A stretch of DNA of 64,000 nt, from positions 62,001 to 126,000 of the forward strand of contig MCFE01000118.1 in NCBI GenBank assembly GCA_002104905.1, written 5' to 3'. Both the position numbers and the translations under genes were made by a program. The notes beneath the pieces are model-generated. The model did not search any database, was not told the DNA's origin, and saw nothing but the letters and a program-made list of their open reading frames with translations. The DNA comes from Basidiobolus meristosporus CBS 931.73 (taxonomy: Eukaryota; Fungi; Basidiobolomycota). The number at the start of each line of letters is the position of its first letter. The first letter of the stretch is position 1. Shown in pieces: positions 61,801 through 64,000 of this stretch.

Positions 61801-62777
61801 AGAGGTACTCAGACAATTACCCTAAGCTAATCCAAGTATATTCCAGATATACTAAATAAGTACCAAATGGAAGACTGTAAACCGGCAGCTACCCCAATGG
61901 AAACAAACCTTAACTTGGTCAAAACTCAACCAAATCAAGAGAGCTTGGTGCCATCTGCAAGCCCTGACTTTCCTTATTAGTTTATGGTTGGCAGTCTGAT
62001 GTATATTATGCTTGGAACACTTCCAGATATCTCATGTTCAGTGGGAGTTGTCAGCCAGCAAAATCAGAATTATGGATCTGATCATATTGCAGTAGTTTAG
62101 TGGATTTTTAGATACCTAAAAGGAACTGCTGCTATCAGCTTAAGATACACTTATAAGGATTCAGAACAGGATCTTGTGGGATACTCTAATGCAGGTTGGG
62201 GACAAAATTTGGAAGACAGAAGATCCACCACAGGATGCACCTTTCTTTACTGTCAAGGAGCGATTTCATGGAATTCAAAAAAGCAACCAACTGTGACACT
62301 TACTACCACAGAGGCAGAGTACATGGCAGCCTGTGAAGCTACAAAAGAGGTAATGTGGCTAAGAACGCTTTTTACAGATTTAGGCCTATGTAAAAAAACG
62401 CCTATTATTATATTTCAAGATACTCAAGGATTTATACAATTAGGTAGAAATCAAACTTTTCATGCTAGAGCCAAGCACATGGATATTAGATATCATTTCA
62501 TACATGAAGCTATAGAGAATAACTTAGTTAGCTTAGTTTACTGTCATACAGATGAAATGATTGCAGACATATTTACCAAACCATTAGTTAGAGACAAGCT
62601 TGAATATCTTAGGTCAAAATTAGGACTAGCCAGTATGAACATTTGGCTGAGTGGGGGTGTTGTAAAACTTTGTAATTCTCCCTAAACACTCACCTAACTT
62701 AGTCACTTAGATCATTACCCTCAAATCCTAGAGAATACTGACCAAATCCTTGTTGGGATTTACTTAAAATATTTTTA
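58870..62777 (+). mobile_element. copia A, 5'-truncated copy (gag-pol, PPT, partial 3' LTR from 62658)
   Basis: Colinear with ~4440-8345. Frameshifted ORFs 59118-62685. GAGTGGGGG precedes TGTTG. Confidence 0.93.
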
Positions 62778-62821
62778 ATCTGTAATACATATATAAAGCT
62801 AGCTATATTGAATACTGTGCT

Positions 62822-63171
62822 TGTTGTAAGAGTCTTGGAGATATTGGAAGTGACTGGGAGAACAAGTAGATTATGTGGTTTTCACTTAATGATTTATTGA
62901 ATGTAAAAGTTGTATTTATACTTTTACCTAGTCTTGGCATTACAAACACGTAGAATAGGTTAAGGAAGGTCCCAAGAGCATTTGTGCAAAGTTTGGGGCT
63001 GATTGGACAACTTTGAGAATTTTCATGTTCTGGGTACCAGGTATTTTGATAAAAAATATTTTAAGTAAATCCCAACAAGGAATTTGGTCAGTATTCCCTA
63101 GGATTTGAGGGTAATGATCTAAGTGACTAAGTTAGGTGAGTATTTAGGTGGAATTACAAACTTTTACAACA
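62822..63171 (-). repeat. copia A LTR (350 bp), inverted, without matching TSD
   Basis: Full reverse complement of LTR A. The flanks GTGCT and CAAAA do not match, and there is no adjacent PBS or PPT. Confidence 0.9.
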
Positions 63172-64000
63172 CAAAATAGGAGTTATAACAGAATACTTTG
63201 TGATTCTACTCCATTTGAAGCATGGTATGGACAAAGACCAAGTGCAGAACATCTAAGAATATTTGGGTGTACAGCATATGCCAAAAAACTGGCCGGAAAT
63301 CAGTCAAAATTTGAGCCAAAAAGTGCAAAATGCATATTTTTGGGCTACTGCAATGAGAGTAAGGCATACAGACTCTACAATACCAAAGCAAAGAAGCTGA
63401 TCAAGTCCAGGGATGTGTTGTTTGATGAAAATTCAAAATTTTTACAAAAAATGACATCAGATGATGACAAAAATTTGATCTCAAGTCCACCAATTGTCAG
63501 GATTAAATCAGAGCAAAACAGTGAAATTTTTTCACTCCAGAGGACTCTGCAACCATGGTTCAGCCAGAATCAGTGCCCAGGAATATCCCAGAAGTGATCA
63601 TTCCAGTATCAAATGCCTGGAGATCCAATTGGACAAGAAATAGCCCAAATTACTATATCAATGAGGGTACAAACTTAGCCTATGCCTATTCAGTCCATAT
63701 TGATGAACCCCAGACTGTAAAAGAGGCCCTAAATAGCCCTCAGACAAAGTTTTGGAGATCTGCAATGACAGAGGAATATCAGGCCCTGATGGAAAATCAA
63801 ACTTGGAACTTAGTTAAATTACCAATTAACCAAAAATCAATTGGATGCAGATGGGTCTTCAAGACAAAATACAAGGCTGATGGTACAATTGAAAGATGCA
63901 AAGCAAGACTTGTAGCCAAAGGAAACTCTCACACAAAAGGACTTGACTATACTGAGACCTTTGCACTGGTAGCCAAGTTTAATTCCATCAGATTAATATT
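63172..64000 (+). pseudogene. copia A integrase C-terminus/RT start fragment, runs off the window
   Basis: 'TPFEAWYGQRPSAEHLRIFGCTAY...KCIFLGY' is highly similar to ~6117-6945. Confidence 0.92.

Noticed and set aside
55-63391. The many 60-130 aa ORFs in the track (e.g. 337-540, 4569-4757, 26599-26955, 43827-44192, 55056-55373)
   Set aside because: They are antisense or off-frame shadows of TE coding regions; they recur only because the underlying TE is repeated.
1-64000. Alternative genetic code (stop reassignment) to explain the in-frame stops
   Set aside because: All three stop codons appear, mostly at different positions in different copies and alongside frameshifts, which fits decay.
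1-64000. Naming the host species or claiming canonical RIP
   Set aside because: TE types suggest a fungus but are not diagnostic. LTR-pair differences include many transversions (about 6 of 13 in copia A), unlike classic RIP, and the context statistics were not computed.

Overview
This is eukaryotic DNA, most likely fungal, made almost entirely of nested and decayed transposable elements. I found no host gene, RNA gene or CRISPR array. Family names below are my own working labels. LTR retrotransposons: Ty1/copia family A (349-bp LTR, one near-complete copy at 3896-9276), Ty1/copia family B (368-bp LTR), a compact 4.9-kb Ty3/gypsy family C (4-bp TSD), a second gypsy family D with a tRNA-Lys-type PBS, and two orphan LTRs (X, 1.24 kb; Y, 0.69 kb). 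DNA transposons: a CMC/CACTA (EnSpm-like, Transposase_21-type) family with CCCTATGAA TIRs and 3-bp TSDs, and a PHIS (PIF/Harbinger/ISL2EU-like, DDE_Tnp_4-type) family with AGACTTGTTCC TIRs and 3-bp ANT flanks. The PHIS family is accompanied by a 734-bp foldback MITE. Both DNA transposon families carry a transposase plus a divergently transcribed accessory ORF of unknown function. The window is strongly CpG-depleted and most premature stops look like C:G>T:A changes, consistent with methylation-driven or RIP-like hypermutation. The best leads are: (1) the PHIS accessory ORF half retains CpGs while its own transposase has almost none; (2) the foldback MITE arms share copy-specific variants; (3) two separately inserted gypsy-C copies share the same UAG and the same +1 frame break; (4) orphan LTR X carries a CCCCTTTA array. 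All boundaries, TSDs and counts were read by eye; counts are approximate and no database searches were run.
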